In this document: positions 37,902 to 53,588 of the stretch, piece after piece
Layout of the letters: every line of letters starts with the position of its first letter
Position numbering within the stretch: the stretch's first letter is position 1
DNA from: Chlorokybus atmophyticus
Taxonomy: Eukaryota > Plantae > Mesostigma and Chlorokybus algae
Direction of reading: 5' to 3'
DNA length: 64,000 bases
Assembly: GCA_009103225.1 (NCBI GenBank)
Contig: RHPI01000797.1
Location: 185,064-249,063 of the forward strand
The notes under the pieces: generated by a model
Told to the model about the DNA's origin: nothing
Databases searched by the model: none
What the model saw: the letters and a program-made list of their open reading frames with translations, nothing else
Translations under genes and position numbers: made by a program

Positions 37902-39787
37902 CGCTGACGCTCTGAGACTTTTTGAAAGGTTGCCTATGCATTTTGGTCAGCACACATGGCTCACACACCACACCTCTAGACTGCTTGATCTGCGCCTTGC
38001 TTACATTGATGCCTCCAACTAGATCTTCAGCCACCAGACAATAAAGGTTGTCATACACAAGGTGTCCAAACCTTCGATGCCAAAGTTCAGCTGACTCATG
38101 GACTGTCGCCACCAGTGCCTTGTCAGTCTCAGCTTCTTCTATCAGGTCAAGCCCGTCATGCTATTCCCTCGCGATGAGACACACCTTGCCATCAACACGC
38201 AGACAGACCTCTACTCCTTTTCCTGACAGATCAGCTCCAGCCTTCAACGCAACCTTCATGGAGAACAGGCTAGCCTGTGCACGTGGGACATGAAGCACAC
38301 CTTCTCCCACGTTGCATTGCAGCACTGCCTGGCCTGTACCCGCTACCTCCAGGCTCCCACTCAACACCTCAACAGTGCGGGGACTTGTCTTAACCTGGTA
38401 GTTCTGTAGCAGCGCAACATCCGGAATAAGATGTTGCGTACAACCAGAATCGAACACCCACCAAGACATCTGTTTTTCTGTGGATGCAACCGCTCCACCC
38501 ACTCCTCTCTGTCCACCCTGTGAATTGCCCTTTGCTGATCTCAGCTGCTAACAATCACCCTTCCTGTGCCCAACTTGGTCGCAATGGAAGCACTTTCCCT
38601 TGAAAGGCTTGTTCTAATCTCCAATCCTGTTGCCATTGTTGTTGTTGCTTGTACCAGCTCCTCCTGATGACTGCGCTCGAGCAGCGAACGCACTGGACTC
38701 TCCATTAGCCTCGTTGCCCTTAATCCTTAATTCTGCCTTCAACAGGATTGGTAAAATCTCTTTGAGGGACAACTTTTGTACTGATACCCTCCAACATTGT
38801 CACAACAATCTCGAACTCTCGTGGCAACCCAGACAACACATTCAAGCACAGATCATCCTCTGAGACTGAATCTCCTATAGAGGTCATTTATGAGCTTTTG
38901 TGCACGTCCTAAATACTCTGTAACTGTCTCACTAGCAAGCTTCCTCAAGTTGTTGAACGCTTGCTTGAGCTCAATCTTACGACCAACAGAGCGTGTAAAG
39001 AACATATTTTCGAAAGCTTCCCATGCATGCTTGGCATCAGATTGCATCTGTAGCAGTGGCCTATGAAATGGCTCAACGTGCATACTCATCAAAGCCAAAG
39101 CACGCAAAGTGCTTCGCATCCATGCAGACTCGTTACCAATGGGCGCACTCCCCTTTGGGTCAACGTAGTCCCACAGCTCTTTGTGGGTGAGCTTCATCTT
39201 CATCTGAAAGCTCCAGCTGGCATAGTTGTCATCGCTCAAAGGTTTGATGGTGAACTTCTCCTTCTCTGGTGCAGTGGTTGTCATCCTATCGTCTCCTGCT
39301 GGCTGAACTTCACAGTTGAACCCCACAGTCCTCCTGCTTGCTCGCTGTACCTCTTAGACTCTCAGCTAACAGCTCCAACAACCTCACACACAGAGGAGAA
39401 CACTCTCTCACAGTAGCTAGCTCTACACACATAGATGTGGGCCCATAACCTGTTGACTAGAGATGCTGCATGCAACCATGCACAACAAGCATACACAGCA
39501 CAGGGGTAAGAGCAAAGCTACACCGCCAACGAAGTGACCAGAGAAGTGAGTTAACTCAATAACCCGCGGCCTGTCGGCTCTGGGCCCTCAGTTTGGGTCC
39601 TACCAAAGAGCAGACCAGACTGTACCAGTCCTAATTGCCTGCAGTCTATACATACAACTTCAATCTATGAGTAGCTTATCAGTACTAGCTTAATAAGCTA
39701 CAATAGGGCTAGTTAAGCTGACTGGACAATAGCACATGTGCTATACATGTAGAGAACACTGCATAACATGCTGTATTCTCCACAACA

Positions 39788-40590
39788 TCTACGCGCGGTG
39801 CCTATGTGAGCTATGGTTGTGAGCTACGTTGGAGTCATGACCTAGCTACTGGTCAGTGACGCGCGCGCGCTGGTACGCCGGGCGATGGTTTCAATGTAGG
39901 CATGCTCGATGAAGGCTTGTATTCGCGGGCAAGAGGCATGACAATATTATGTGAAAAGCATCACGTTTAATAGTAACCCTGATTATTACATATTATTGGT
40001 GGATCGAACATTGTATGATGATGCATTTTGATGTACAATGAGTTGCCCATCACTTGTTAGCACACATATCGCATCACTAACAGTATTAACATTTATTAAT
40101 ATTACGCACAATCAGTATACCGTGACTACTTATACAAGTGAAATCACGACTGTTCCGAACATAAGCTAACGGTCATATGGAGGCTATTTCCACAGCAATC
40201 ACCACTCGATATAGAACACAACTTATAACTGAACTCACAACTGAGCAGCTACGCGCGGTGCTTAAGTAGGCTATGGTCGTGAGCTACTCTGGAGTCATGA
40301 CCTAGCTACTGGTCAGTGACGCGCGCGCGTTGGTATGCTGGTACGCCGGGCGATGGTTTCGATGTAGGCATGCTCGATGAAGGCTGGTATGCGCGGGCAA
40401 GAGGTATGCTAATGTTATGTGAAAAGCATCACCTTTAATATTAACTCTGACTATAACATATCAGTGGTGGATTAAACACTGTATGATGATGCATTTTGAT
40501 GTACAATGAGTTGCTCATCACTTGTTAGCACACATATTGCATCACTAACAGTATTAATATTTATTGATATTACACATGATCAATATATAA
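39788..40590. repeat. ~460-bp tandem duplication; copy 1 is split by the copia insertion (its left part is 28123-28252)
   Basis: 28123-28252 matches 40119-40250, and 39788-40118 matches 40250-40590. Confidence 0.9.
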
Positions 40591-40879
40591 AATACGTAAT
40601 GACCGACATATTGTGACAAAAGTACGAAAAAAAAAGCGTACTTTGCATACCACAAATTAGTACGCTTGATGCGTACTTTGTATCTATGCTACCAAACTGC
40701 AACTACCCCTACCAAATATAATCCGCATTTGTGAGAACATTATTCAAGTAGCTGCACATTGGACAATTGCACAATCACAACATCATCAACGCTTACAGAT
40801 TACCTGCTAATTAAAACTGCGGCTGCTAATCCAATCCCAATGCAAGCATGGTTGGCAGATGGCGAACTACAAGGATTGC

Positions 40880-42200
40880 TGCCGCAGGTGGCGCGGCAAG
40901 CGTGAAAGGAGCCTTTAGTGGTGTGGAAGTACAATATGAGCGTAGGGAGGAGCAGCTTCAACAAATCAGGTGTAGTCGTGTCAAGCACAATACAACAACA
41001 TCACACCGTGGTGACCATCATGAACACGGCGTGTGCATGCATCATGCGGATTATGTACACCACATGATTAGACATGTAGTCACATGCGACTGTTTCATCA
41101 CACAGTCCGCACGTGTGGCCAATCTTTTAAGTTGCGGTACTAGCTTTCGTATCCCAACGCAACCACATTTGGGTGATACAGTCGATGGCTAAAGTCAGCA
41201 TTGGTGCGTCATGCCCGACGTCTAAAAAGACACTATGATGTGACAGATGGTGTGACAGCGTGGGTAAATTGGTTATATGCACGCATTGATAACCACGTGG
41301 CACCGATGACGCTGGATGCGCACGAGTCTCGTCCACCGTTTCTTTGAACAACAGCGATCATGCAGCGCTACTGGCATAGAAGTTGGATACGGATGCGGCA
41401 TCAGATATGCGAGTATCAATGCGCCTGAGAATCTATCGAATACGGGTGATGCGGCAAATTTGCATGCGTAACTCGAGTTTTTACGGCACAAACGTTGACC
41501 AATCAATTGAACTACACTATAATCTATACATGTTGGGTGCTAAGGATGAGTTATACAAACAAGTGATAGGTATCCTGATGGGCAATAGTGCCGGTGTATT
41601 TAAGGCCAACATTTTCTTCTTTATGTATGAGTATGAGTTCATGCAGCATTTGTGCAGAGCAGCACCAGCGTTGGTACCTACGTATGCACACAACATTGTC
41701 TGTTACGTTGATGATTTAATCGTGTATGATATCCCAAATTTTAAAACAGATATGTATCAAGGCCCGCATGTGTTAGCCAATGGCATATACCCCCAGGATA
41801 TGTTGCAGTTGAACAAGTCCGCTGAGGGTGTCACCGTGCCATTCTTGGACCTACACGTCTTTCAAGTGCCGTTCGTTGGTCTCTGTATAGCGATAAAAAA
41901 GAAACACAAAAAGAAAGCATTTGCGTTTCATGTTCTCCCGTGAGACGAGCTCCACACCCACAGTTTAGCTTGCACAAGCAATGCATGTTTGGTGTTATCA
42001 TTCGCCATTGCATCAGGTTCATGCGGTTGTGTACGTTCAAGTCAGATTTCAAGCAAGCAACCATTGACCTACTCATGGACAAGATGCATGAAGATTTTAC
42101 CAAGCGTAGATTGTTGATAAAGTTGATTCTAAGCTATTCACCATGCACGGCGTGCTGTATGGCATCACCCCACACAGAATGTATGTATTATGATGTTGCA
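40880..42200 (+). mobile_element. Degraded Penelope-like retroelement (Naiad/Chlamys-like), copy 1
   Basis: KEPLVVWKYNMSVGRSSFN, HVVTCD...NLLSCGTSFRIP, then RT YKQVIGILMGNSAG, CYVDD and VPFLD, with many stops and frameshifts. Confidence 0.8.
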
Positions 42201-43411
42201 CAATTGCAGCATGTGTAATAGTTACGGGAAGCACGATGACGGTGCTCATTCTATCGGTGTTGTCACAAACACCACCCACAACATGACCTTCATCACCTGC
42301 AAGTGCACATTGACACAAATGAATGACATGCAATGCGGACATGCAATGCGGATTCTAACTGTTGGTAGCCATTTTGTGACTTTTGAGTTGGCAGGCATTG
42401 TGCGCGGGGGGACCAAACCCTACATAACTTGAGCGGCCTGCAGTGACCAGTTGCCCGCAAAGCAACTGGCGCACTGTGGGTTTGCGTGTTCAGGTGGGTG
42501 GCTGACTGACGGTGGTGAGCTGCAGCAAGCTCGCCAATGAATGGTGATGTTGTTTATGCTGTGTTACTACTGTTAGGGGCTTGGGCCAGCCCGTTTGTGT
42601 TGTACTCTGCTGAACTTGTTACCTACGCACATGTTGCTACTGTTTCTGTTCTGTTATACCCTTTACATTATATTTCAAGGTAGCGCAAATGCTACCGATC
42701 AACCACTCCTAGTACTAACACGCAATGTACTATCATTGCTTATCATATGCGCTTTTACGCTGCATGGCATGATACCAATAACTTTGTATAGGCTTGTCTG
42801 TAGCCCAGCTGCACAAGCAAGAGCAATAGCCAACCACAAGCAAGACACCGCTAGATTTGTATAAAATCGCTCGTATGGGCCACTACGCCCTGGCAGCATA
42901 CGCCTAGAGTACAACTGATGGCAGCAGGTATGAGGCAGCTTGCATCACCTGTTACCACGACACAACCACACAACAAGGCAACCACAACATAAGGCAACAA
43001 CGCTGGGTGGGGGGGGCCACTAGCTAAGACTAAGTGCACTAGACCAGAGGGAGTAGGGGAGGGGAGGGGCAGGCACAAGCAAGAGCAAGAGCAGCGGCTT
43101 CACCTGCCAAGCACCATGCCTCCGCTGTTTGTAAACGAGTGAGGTTTGGTGTTTGTACGGTAAGCAAAGATAGATAGTAGCACGACTTGACTTAATGACA
43201 CCAACACAACACACAAGACACATAGGTACAATACCCACAGGGCATAAGGCAGTCATGCTGGGTTGAACCTACGACTGCATGTGCACATGCGACAAGGCAG
43301 TGGACGTGTGCAGGATTTAATATCATACACACACCATCTAATACAGCTGTCAATCTGACAGCGTCAACCAATAATCTACCTGCGGTCGACAACTTGCACT
43401 ACTGGCTACCT

Positions 43412-45245
<1,834 letters not shown>

Positions 45246-45458
45246 TGTGTGCCGCTGAAAGCCACTGCGCAGCTATGCGCCGCCTGTAGTCAGCAAGGCG
45301 GCGGCGGCGGTCGCGGCGGCGGCGACAGGGATGGTGTGGCTGTCGGTGCAAGTGTGGGCGTGGGTGTCAATTGCAACGTTGGAGTCTCTGTAGTTGTCGG
45401 CGTTGTCCGCCGCATGCTTCGGTTGGTGCTCGTAGCTCAGTGCGCCAGCAGGACCACC

Positions 45459-48326
45459 ATGATGATGGCAGCCAGGGTGTCGGCGCAGAGAAGCGCCTGG
45501 CTGTCCGCTGCGAGCTCTGCGCTGCTTTCTCCTCCAGCAGCAGCGCGGCAGCTCCCTCCACCTCCACCTCCGCAAGCAGCAGCTGGTCGCCCGCCGCCTG
45601 CTCTCTCAGCAGTGCGGCCCTCGCCGCAGGCTGCTGGTTCTGCGAGGTGCTTGCGGACGTCGGCGACTTCCACCGCCGCCGCCGCAGCTGGGCGGCAGCG
45701 CAGCAGCAGCCAGCCAGGTTTGCACGGGAAGGGCAAGGGGGCGCAGGTAGGTGGCGACGTGAATGAGCATGAGGACGAGGACGAGGAGGACCAGGGCGAG
45801 GGGTTCTGGGAGTATGACCAGGATGAGGACGGCGACGAGGAGCGAAGAAGCAGAAAGCGGGGCATTCCCGCTGAGATGCGCTACTTTGACCGCGCTAAGA
45901 TATATGTCAAGGCTGGAGACGGAGGGGATGGCGTGGTTGCCTTCCGCAGAGAAAAGGTTGGTCACGTACATCAATTTCAAGAGTACCTTGCATTGTCACT
46001 TACAGTGTGTGCACCTCTCACTTCTCCCTTTTAAGTAAGGCAGTTCGACAACAGGATATCTGGCATGGGTACTTAGCAATTTGGTTGTGTAAGAACAGTA
46101 TGTCGCTGTGTGCTTGCCATGCAAGTGCTCAAGTTATTGACAAACACTTCCAGCATTGCTGATAGTCATATACCTTGCTGCCTTGAGTGTTATGAAGAAA
46201 AGTGCAAACCATAACACTTCTCTTCAAACAGTTCTCTTATGTAGAAGCAAGCAGCGCAAGAAGCCTGCAGGTTGTCTTGCATAGGTGCAGCCACCTGCGT
46301 GTAGTTCCGGCTGAGCTCATGTTCGCATTGGTGATGACGTTTGTGGTGTTCAGCGGTCTTAGAAGGTCTCGGTCGGCTGAGCTTGAATTATGCACTGGGA
46401 AATCACAAACCACATAGATGATGCAAGGCTGCTGAGCTCATAGTCATGATATGGCAAAAAATGGGATGCGATTTGCCTATTTTTTGCGGGGGAGGGGGGG
46501 GGGGCGCTTCACCAGGTGTCAAGGGGACAGTTGATTGCTATTGTCATGCTGCTATGTTAATATAAGAGCCATGCAACCACGGATGCTTCACTTGTGTTGC
46601 TGTGAGTGCACAATATGCACTCTATGCACATGATGGTACAGCCTTTGGAAACAGTTGGTTGGCCCGCAACCCCATGAAAGCAGTTATAACAATTAGCATG
46701 TGCTCAGTTTGTGGCTCACGGCGGGCCAAGCGGCGGCAGTGGTGGGCGTGGTGGCGACGTCGTGCTGGAAGTTGACCCGTCCTTGAACTCCTTGCACTCG
46801 GTAAGCAGTCCGCCAACCTGAGAGGGGTCAATAACAACATGTGCTGCAGGTTGATGAGGCCACTAGTCACGATTGTAACATCCTGGCAGTTTCGGCGCAA
46901 GGTTCACTTTCGCGCAGGGCGGGGATCCCACGGTGGAGGCAAGAACAAGGAGGGTGCAGCCGGGACGGACATCACCATCGCCGTGCCTCCCGGGACCATC
47001 GTGAGGGCCGCCCCGACAGACATTGACACAGACTCTAATGATGAGGACGAGCAGGAGGAGAGCCGCGTGCTGGCCGAGCTCATGCATCCGCACGAGCGCA
47101 TGGTCCTGATTGGAGGAGGCCGTGGCGGACGTGGCAACGCATCCTTCAAGACTTCACGCAATAAGGCCCCGCAGCTGGCCGAGCACGGCGAGAAGGGCCG
47201 GGAGGTGTGGCTCGAATTGGAGCTGAAGCTTGTGGCGGACGTGGGCATCGTTGGTGCTCCCAATGCCGGCAAGTCCACACTTTTATCTGCCATAAGCGCC
47301 GCCCGCCCCAAGATAGCAGCCTACCCGTTCACCACCCTCGTGCCCAACCTCGGCGTATGCGCCATCCCCGAAGACGACTTTGAGACCGTCGTTTATGCGG
47401 ACATCCCTGGCCTGCTTGAGGGCGCCCACGCAGGCGTGGGCCTCGGCCTGGAGTTCCTGCGCCATTGCGAGCGCTGCCGAGTGCTCGTGCATATGGTGGA
47501 TGGCACAAGCCCCGACCCCATGGGAGACTATGACGCCATCATGCAAGAGCTCCGCCTCTTCAACCCCTCCCTTGTAGAGAAGCCGCATGTCGTTGGCTTC
47601 AACAAGATGGACATACCCGAGGCGCAGGAGTTGTGGCCTGAGTTCAAGCGTGCAATGGAGGAGAAGGGAGTTGAATCCTTTGCTATCAGTGCTGTTGCAA
47701 GGGAAGGCGTGCGCCAGCTGGCAATTCGCGCAAAGCAGCTGCTCAAAGAGCTGCCAGCGCCCTCATTGGAAAAGATAGAAAGCATCGATGACACGCTCAC
47801 TCTCACTACCCCTGGCAAGTACGGCCGACCAATTGATGATTTTCACATAGAGTGCGATGCAGGGACGCGCACGTGGTTCGTGCATGGCGAGGGCATTGAG
47901 CGCTTCACTCAAATGACCAACTGGGAGTAAGTACCTTAAATGCTTCAGCAGCCTTTGTTCACCAACAACCAGATCAATACCAACCTTTCGCGTTTAACAG
48001 GTATTATGAGGCTGCCAAGCGCTTTCAGAAGGTTCTGGAGGCGTCCGGCATATCTACAGCGCTAAGGCGTGCCGGCGTGAGGGAGAAGGATATTATTGTC
48101 ATTGGCGAGGTCAGCAAGCTAATGGTTGTCTTGCATGAGCATTGCTGTGCGTGTACTGCACCTTTGCCTTTGCCTTTGCCTGTACAAACCATTTGCTAAC
48201 TCTGTTTTGCTGCCTGCTTTGCTTTGTCAGCTGCAATTTGACTGGTCGAATGAAGAGGATTGGACAGGCTTCTTTGAGGAAGCCAGCAATAAGCCCAGGA
48301 GAGGCAGCGCGCATTGGCCACATTAG
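45459..48326 (+). CDS. OBG: Plastid Obg/CgtA GTPase with transit peptide, 5 exons
   Basis: [17 protein letters not shown]; [11 protein letters not shown]; [17 protein letters not shown]; [11 protein letters not shown]; [10 protein letters not shown]; NKMD; C-terminal DUF1967-like segment, ending AHWPH*. Confidence 0.95.
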
Positions 48327-49383
48327 TAAGCAGCAGAGTCTGTTGCAAACGGCACATTGAACGATCACAGACATCGTTAGTACTACAACTTGCGTAGTTG
48401 TAGCTCAGCAATTGCAACAGCAACATTTCCGTGGCTGCGGGTGGGTTTTATTGCTCATACACCATCATTTGCAGCAGTAGTTTACGCAGTGTTAAGGATT
48501 ATCATTGTGCGATCAAAGGAGTTCAACCAATGACTCGCACGCAATGCTGTTGAACCATGGGCATGGCTGAAACTCAGGTTGATGATGAAGCCAGGCAACT
48601 GGAAGGGGCTGTTCAAGCATTGGGCAAACACAATGCGCCACACATGCTGAAACATGCTGATGCATTTCAACACCCAAACAAGGCAACAAGCAACAAATAC
48701 ATTACTATTTACAACGAAGGGTTGGCTAGTGGCTTAATGCAAAATAAGTGCAAGCAGTGGAAGGGGGCCGGCGTTGACTAGCTGACCATGATGACGACGA
48801 AACAGCAGTAGGACACGCAGGTGTTGACGATGGGCATTGTTTGTACACACGAAGTTTACTAGCAGTAAAAACATCCAATTGACACAATCTCATAGCTTGT
48901 CCACTGTGGGTTCTTGATTGCCTTCATGACTGACATGGCAACATGGTGACAGCAAGCGGACAGCGCCCTGCTTGTTTTTCCCAATCAGATTTGTTGAAGT
49001 TATTACTGCAGCAGAGCTGTTACAGTCTATTGGCTGACACTCGTATGGGCTACAAGCAAAGAAGACAAGGGGATAGTGCGAAAGGTACAAGCAAAGATGG
49101 CACAAGCGCTTCCAAGAAAGCCACCAGAGAACAAGAGCACAGACAAGCGTAATATTGAAGTACTGTGCAGCGCGCAAATGACAACGGTCCCTCTGTCTTG
49201 CAAAGACTCCTCCCTCTACCAGGTAGAGCAGTCAAGGAAAATCCTCTGCACGCACCAATGCATGCGTGCTTTGCTCTGCCCCCCTCTCGCACTCTGTACT
49301 ACCCCTAGTTGTAGTAAGCCGCTAGCAAGCAAAACTAAAACGGGAAAAAGGATGGGTGAATGTCAGGCTGGGTCGCGAGCAGT

Positions 49384-51886
49384 TTAGTAACCATAGCCGG
49401 AGTTGTCCATTCCAGGCATAGCCGCAGCAGGTTCGGCCTCCTTCTTCTCCACGACAACAACATCCGAGAGCATGAAGGTCTTGGCGACCGAAGCGGCATG
49501 CTCGATGCAGCAGCGCACCACCTTGGTAGGGTCGATGATGCCCGCGGCCATGAGGTCCTCATACTTGTCAGTGGCGGCGTTGTAACCGAAGTTGGTGTTG
49601 CTGTTTTGGCGGACCTTCTCAACGACCACGCTGCCATTGACGCCGGCGTTCTTGGCGATGAGCTTGAGTGGGTACGAGAGGGAGCGCTTGAGGATATCAG
49701 CACCAACACGCTGCTCATCGTTTTCAAGGCCCGCCTTGATGCTGTCAATCTTGTCGGCGAGGCGGAGCAGCGTGCAGCCACCACCAACAACAATGCCCTC
49801 CTCCACAGCAGCCTTGGTGGCGTTGAGGGCGTCCTCAACGCGCAGCTTCTTCTCCTTCAGCTCCGTCTCAGTCTGCGCGCCAACCTGGATGATGGCCACG
49901 CCGCCTGACAACCGCGCAATGCGCTCCATCAGCTTCTCCTTCTCATAGTCCTGGTCGGCATCCTCCACCTGACGCCTGATCTGGTTCACGCGCGCCGCCA
50001 CCTCTGCCTGTGTGGACCCGTCACCCACAATCGTGCAGCTGTCCTTGCTTAGCTCCACCTTCGCGGCGAGACCCAATACGTCCGATGTGGCCTTGTCGAG
50101 CGCAAGGCCAATCTCCTCGCGCACAACCGTCGCACCCGTGAGCACAGCAATATCATCAAGGTACTGGCTCTTGCGTTCGCCAAAGCCGGGAGCCTTCAAC
50201 GCAGCCACCTTCAGCGAGCCACGCAACTTGTTCACCACGAGGGTGGCGAGCGCCTCCTGCTCGATGTCCTCGGCGACAATGATGAGCGGGTACCCGCCTC
50301 GAATGGCGTCCTCGAGGATGCCAATGATGTCACGGGCAGTGGAGATCTTCTTATCGACCAGCAGCAGGCGTGCACTGGTGTACTCGGCGACCATTCGCTC
50401 AGTATCAGTGACAAAGTAGGGGGAGATGTACCCACGGTCAAACTGCATGCCCTCAACAACCTTAAGATTGTTGTCGACAGACTTGGCCTCCTCGAGTGTG
50501 ATCACGCCCGCACGGCCAACACGGGCCATAGCGTCCGCAATCATCGCCCCCACCTCGGGGTTGTTGCCCGCCGACACCGCCGCCACGTCCGCCAGCTCGC
50601 TGTCCTCCACCTCCTTCGCCATCGCTTTCAACTCCTTCACCAGCGCTGTAACAGTCTTCTCAATGCCGCGCACGATCTGTGTGGGGTTGGCGCCCGCAGC
50701 CACAACCTGCATGCAAACACACATTGAGTTGAGCTTAGTGCTGCTGCATAATTCTGCACCGTCAAGGATGAAACAACATGCAACAACAAACAATGATGTA
50801 TGTGCATTGTAAGCACAAGAGTGCGCTATCTTACAACCACAGACGAATCATACACACACAATGCCATGCATGCATAGGACCTAAGTAAATCTACCTTACA
50901 GCACCTAACAGCTTGTGCACATGAAACACACACTACGACATTACTAGCATTCACAACTTGGACAACACATATCTACTGCATGCAAAAGGAGAAGTTTAAC
51001 AGTTTAACAGAGATGTTTAGAGCTGGGAATGCATTGTCATTGATCGCTTTGTTGCAGCTTACAAAGAACATCAAACGCAACGGCGATCAGCACTGGTGCA
51101 CGCATTGCCTCCAAACTACTGTCTAGTAGCTGTCTTATCGACCACATAACGTTGAGCATGCAATGACTGGTACATACTGTGATGCCAGTCAGTATATATA
51201 TTGTCATGAATGTCCAAGACCAGGAGACAAGTTCCGAACTTATCTAACAGCTTGTAGTCAACAAACATAGCGCATGACAGTACTATCTGCCAACAACAAC
51301 GCGGTACAACACAGATGGCAGTTGCAACCAGCTTAAGCTGTCAATGCACAATGCGACATCAGATATGTAATCGCCAGTACTGCATGAGCGCAGAACTGAC
51401 CTTCATGCCCTCAGCGATGATGCCCTGAGCGAGGACGACGGAGGTGGTAGTGCCGTCACCAGCGAGGTCATTGGTCTTGGAGGCGGCCTGGCGGACGAGG
51501 CGGGCGCCAACGTTCTCCACAGGGTCCTCCAGCTCCACCTCCTTGGCGACCGTGACACCATCGTTAACAATCTTGGGCGAGCCGTACTTGCTCTCCAGCA
51601 CCACATTGCGCCCCTTGGGTCCCAGTGTGACTCCAACCAGGTTAGCCAACTTGTCCACTCCGGCCTTCATCTTCTTCAAGGCCGCACCGTCCGTGTTGAA
51701 ATGCAGCTCCTTCGCCATGCACACCGTGGATGACCTCCTCCCGGACGACGACGCCCTGAAGGACCTCGCCGGCGCCAGGGCCTTCTCAGCCCGCCGCCTG
51801 TTTGGCAGGCGAAGGGGAGCGCCCAGCCCGACCACCTCACGTGGCACGGTTGTAGCGGAGGAGGATGTCGCCATGCTGGACGCCAT
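49384..51886 (-). CDS. CPN60B: Plastid chaperonin 60 beta subunit; exons 51886-51401 and 50706-49384
   Basis: Transit peptide, then AKELHFN...[15 protein letters not shown] and [13 protein letters not shown]; ends MDNSGYGY*, the beta-type tail. Single GT-AG intron. Confidence 0.96.
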
Positions 51887-52229
51887 GGTTGAAGCCCACC
51901 ACCACCTCCTGCTGCTCCTGCTCTGCCGCCGCCGCCGCCGCCGCCACGCTGGTCTTCCGCTGCACTTTACAACTTGGCAGGGTAACGTTAGTACATGGGC
52001 CACGCGAGCTGCTCACGCTCACCACACTGGACTCCGTAGTATACCAAGTAAGTTAGCAAATGACTTAATATCAAACTCATAACGTTATTACATTGATCGA
52101 CGCGGCGAGCGAGACGAGCTTCTGGACTGGATAAGAAAGAAAAAGATTGCTTCTAGAAACATGCGCTCATGTGACCGCGGGTGCGAATTACACCCTGCAA
52201 TTTGCATGCTGCCATGCCTGCATAAGGTT

Positions 52230-53100
52230 TGAGTCGTAGGGCAAAGAAGCAATCCAAATGCACAACAAGCAGCACCACGAGCAGCAAACTAGACACCAAG
52301 ACAGGCAAAAGCAATAATTACCACAGGGGCTTTACAATTATGTGCACTACATGCACTATGCTCTCGAGGCGGGGCGCGGCAGTCATGCTGCATACGTTGC
52401 TAACGTATGTTGTGAACAACCTCTATGTCCGCACTACTGCTAACAGGCTTCATAACAAGGCATAGACATCCCAATGGGAAATGCTGCAGGGGTCTACCTA
52501 GCCAATAAGTTGCTACGATTGTTGGAGCTGGATTGGTTGCGCTTGCTGAAGCCATTGGTGCCCAGGCCGGTATTCTTACAATACGCTGCCCGCATTGTGC
52601 GCTATGTTGATGGTTTGCTTGTGTCCGCTCTACCTGAGTTTGCTACGGTCATGTATGAGAGTGAGGGCGCCGTTGCAGGTGAAATTTACCGTCGGGACCT
52701 GCTCACGCCAACATGCACAGCACAGGGTACTGAAGTAGCGTATTTAGATATGCGCATTTTTCAGATAGTAGACGTGGGCCTGTGTACGACGATCTGAAGC
52801 AAGCTGCGTGAGCCACAATTCGAGGGCATCCCGGTGCTGACGGCACCACACCCGAGTGCTAATGTTGCGCGTAGCTGTAAAATGAATGTGGTTCACAATG
52901 TTTTCGCTTTATGCGTTCGTCCACATACCGTGGGCATTTTCTACAGGAGATGCAACTGCTACTGCAGAACATGCCTGCTATGGGCTACAACAAGCGAGAC
53001 ATTCTCTGGATGGTCCGAGCGGTCATGTGGTGCAAGCCGAGGTACCATTGTGACTGTCTTAACCGCCACTTGTTTACCCTGATTGCTAAGGGTGCTGTGC
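52230..53100 (+). mobile_element. 5'-truncated Penelope-like RT fragment, copy 2
   Basis: NNLYVRT...IPMGNAAGVYLAN, RYVDG and VAYLDMRIF, frameshifted. Confidence 0.75.
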
Positions 53101-53368
53101 AAGATGTGAGGTGAGGTAAGTGGAATAGATTAATAAACGGGGAGCATTGCAGTTGAATGCCCGCTATGCGTTTCTTATGGCATGACACTGTTCTGAGTTA
53201 AAACCAACCGTAATCAGCGTATGCAGTGGCTGCAGCCTATGCTGCGGCCCTCAATTGCCTGTTGCTTGCAGGGGTAAAAGAGCAGCGGCTGTGGCGGCGG
53301 CGGCATCAGTGGGGCTGTGGAGCACGGTTAACATGAAGTTCGCGCCTGCTTGCAGCTGTCGTCTTCTT

Positions 53369-53588
53369 ACCTCTCCTCCCCCATGCGGCCCTCTTGCTTT
53401 GCCCAGGTACCACTTGGCGCAACTCCAGCCCTCCCTCACCTTCCCCTGCCTAATCTTGTCTGATTGTTCTGCGTGCACACCTCTCCTCCCCCTTGCGCCC
53501 CTCCTGCTTTGCCCAGGTACCACTTGGCGCAACTCCACCCCTCCCTCACCTTCCCCTGCCTGGTCTTGCCTAGTTGTTCTCGCATGCA
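53369..53588. repeat. ~110-bp pyrimidine-rich tandem duplication
   Basis: gcccaggtaccacttggcgcaactcca...ctccctcaccttcccctgcct occurs at 53401 and 53511. Confidence 0.85.

Larger units (their letters stand above)
28253..39787 (-). mobile_element. Ty1/copia LTR retrotransposon, degraded, with two nested insertions
   Basis: LTRs ~28253-28556 and 39451-39787 (TGTTG start; the 39451 copy ends CAACA). PBS GGTTATGGGCCC next to 39450. Gag (38853-39326), protease WVFDSGCTQH, LWHRRFGHL, integrase VHIDVCGP (36593-37425), RT (35494-36288), RNase [11 protein letters not shown] (28591-29195). Domain order PR-IN-RT-RH. Confidence 0.95.

Noticed and set aside
39788-40590. Penelope pseudo-LTRs with hammerhead ribozymes
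   Set aside because: No CTGATGA...GAAA core was found on either strand, and the unit does not match the 3' end of the adjacent PLE.
42190-42432. GIY-YIG endonuclease remnant after PLE RT copy 1 (CSMC...ITCKC)
   Set aside because: Only a vague Cys pattern, without the GIY/YIG residues; too weak to call.
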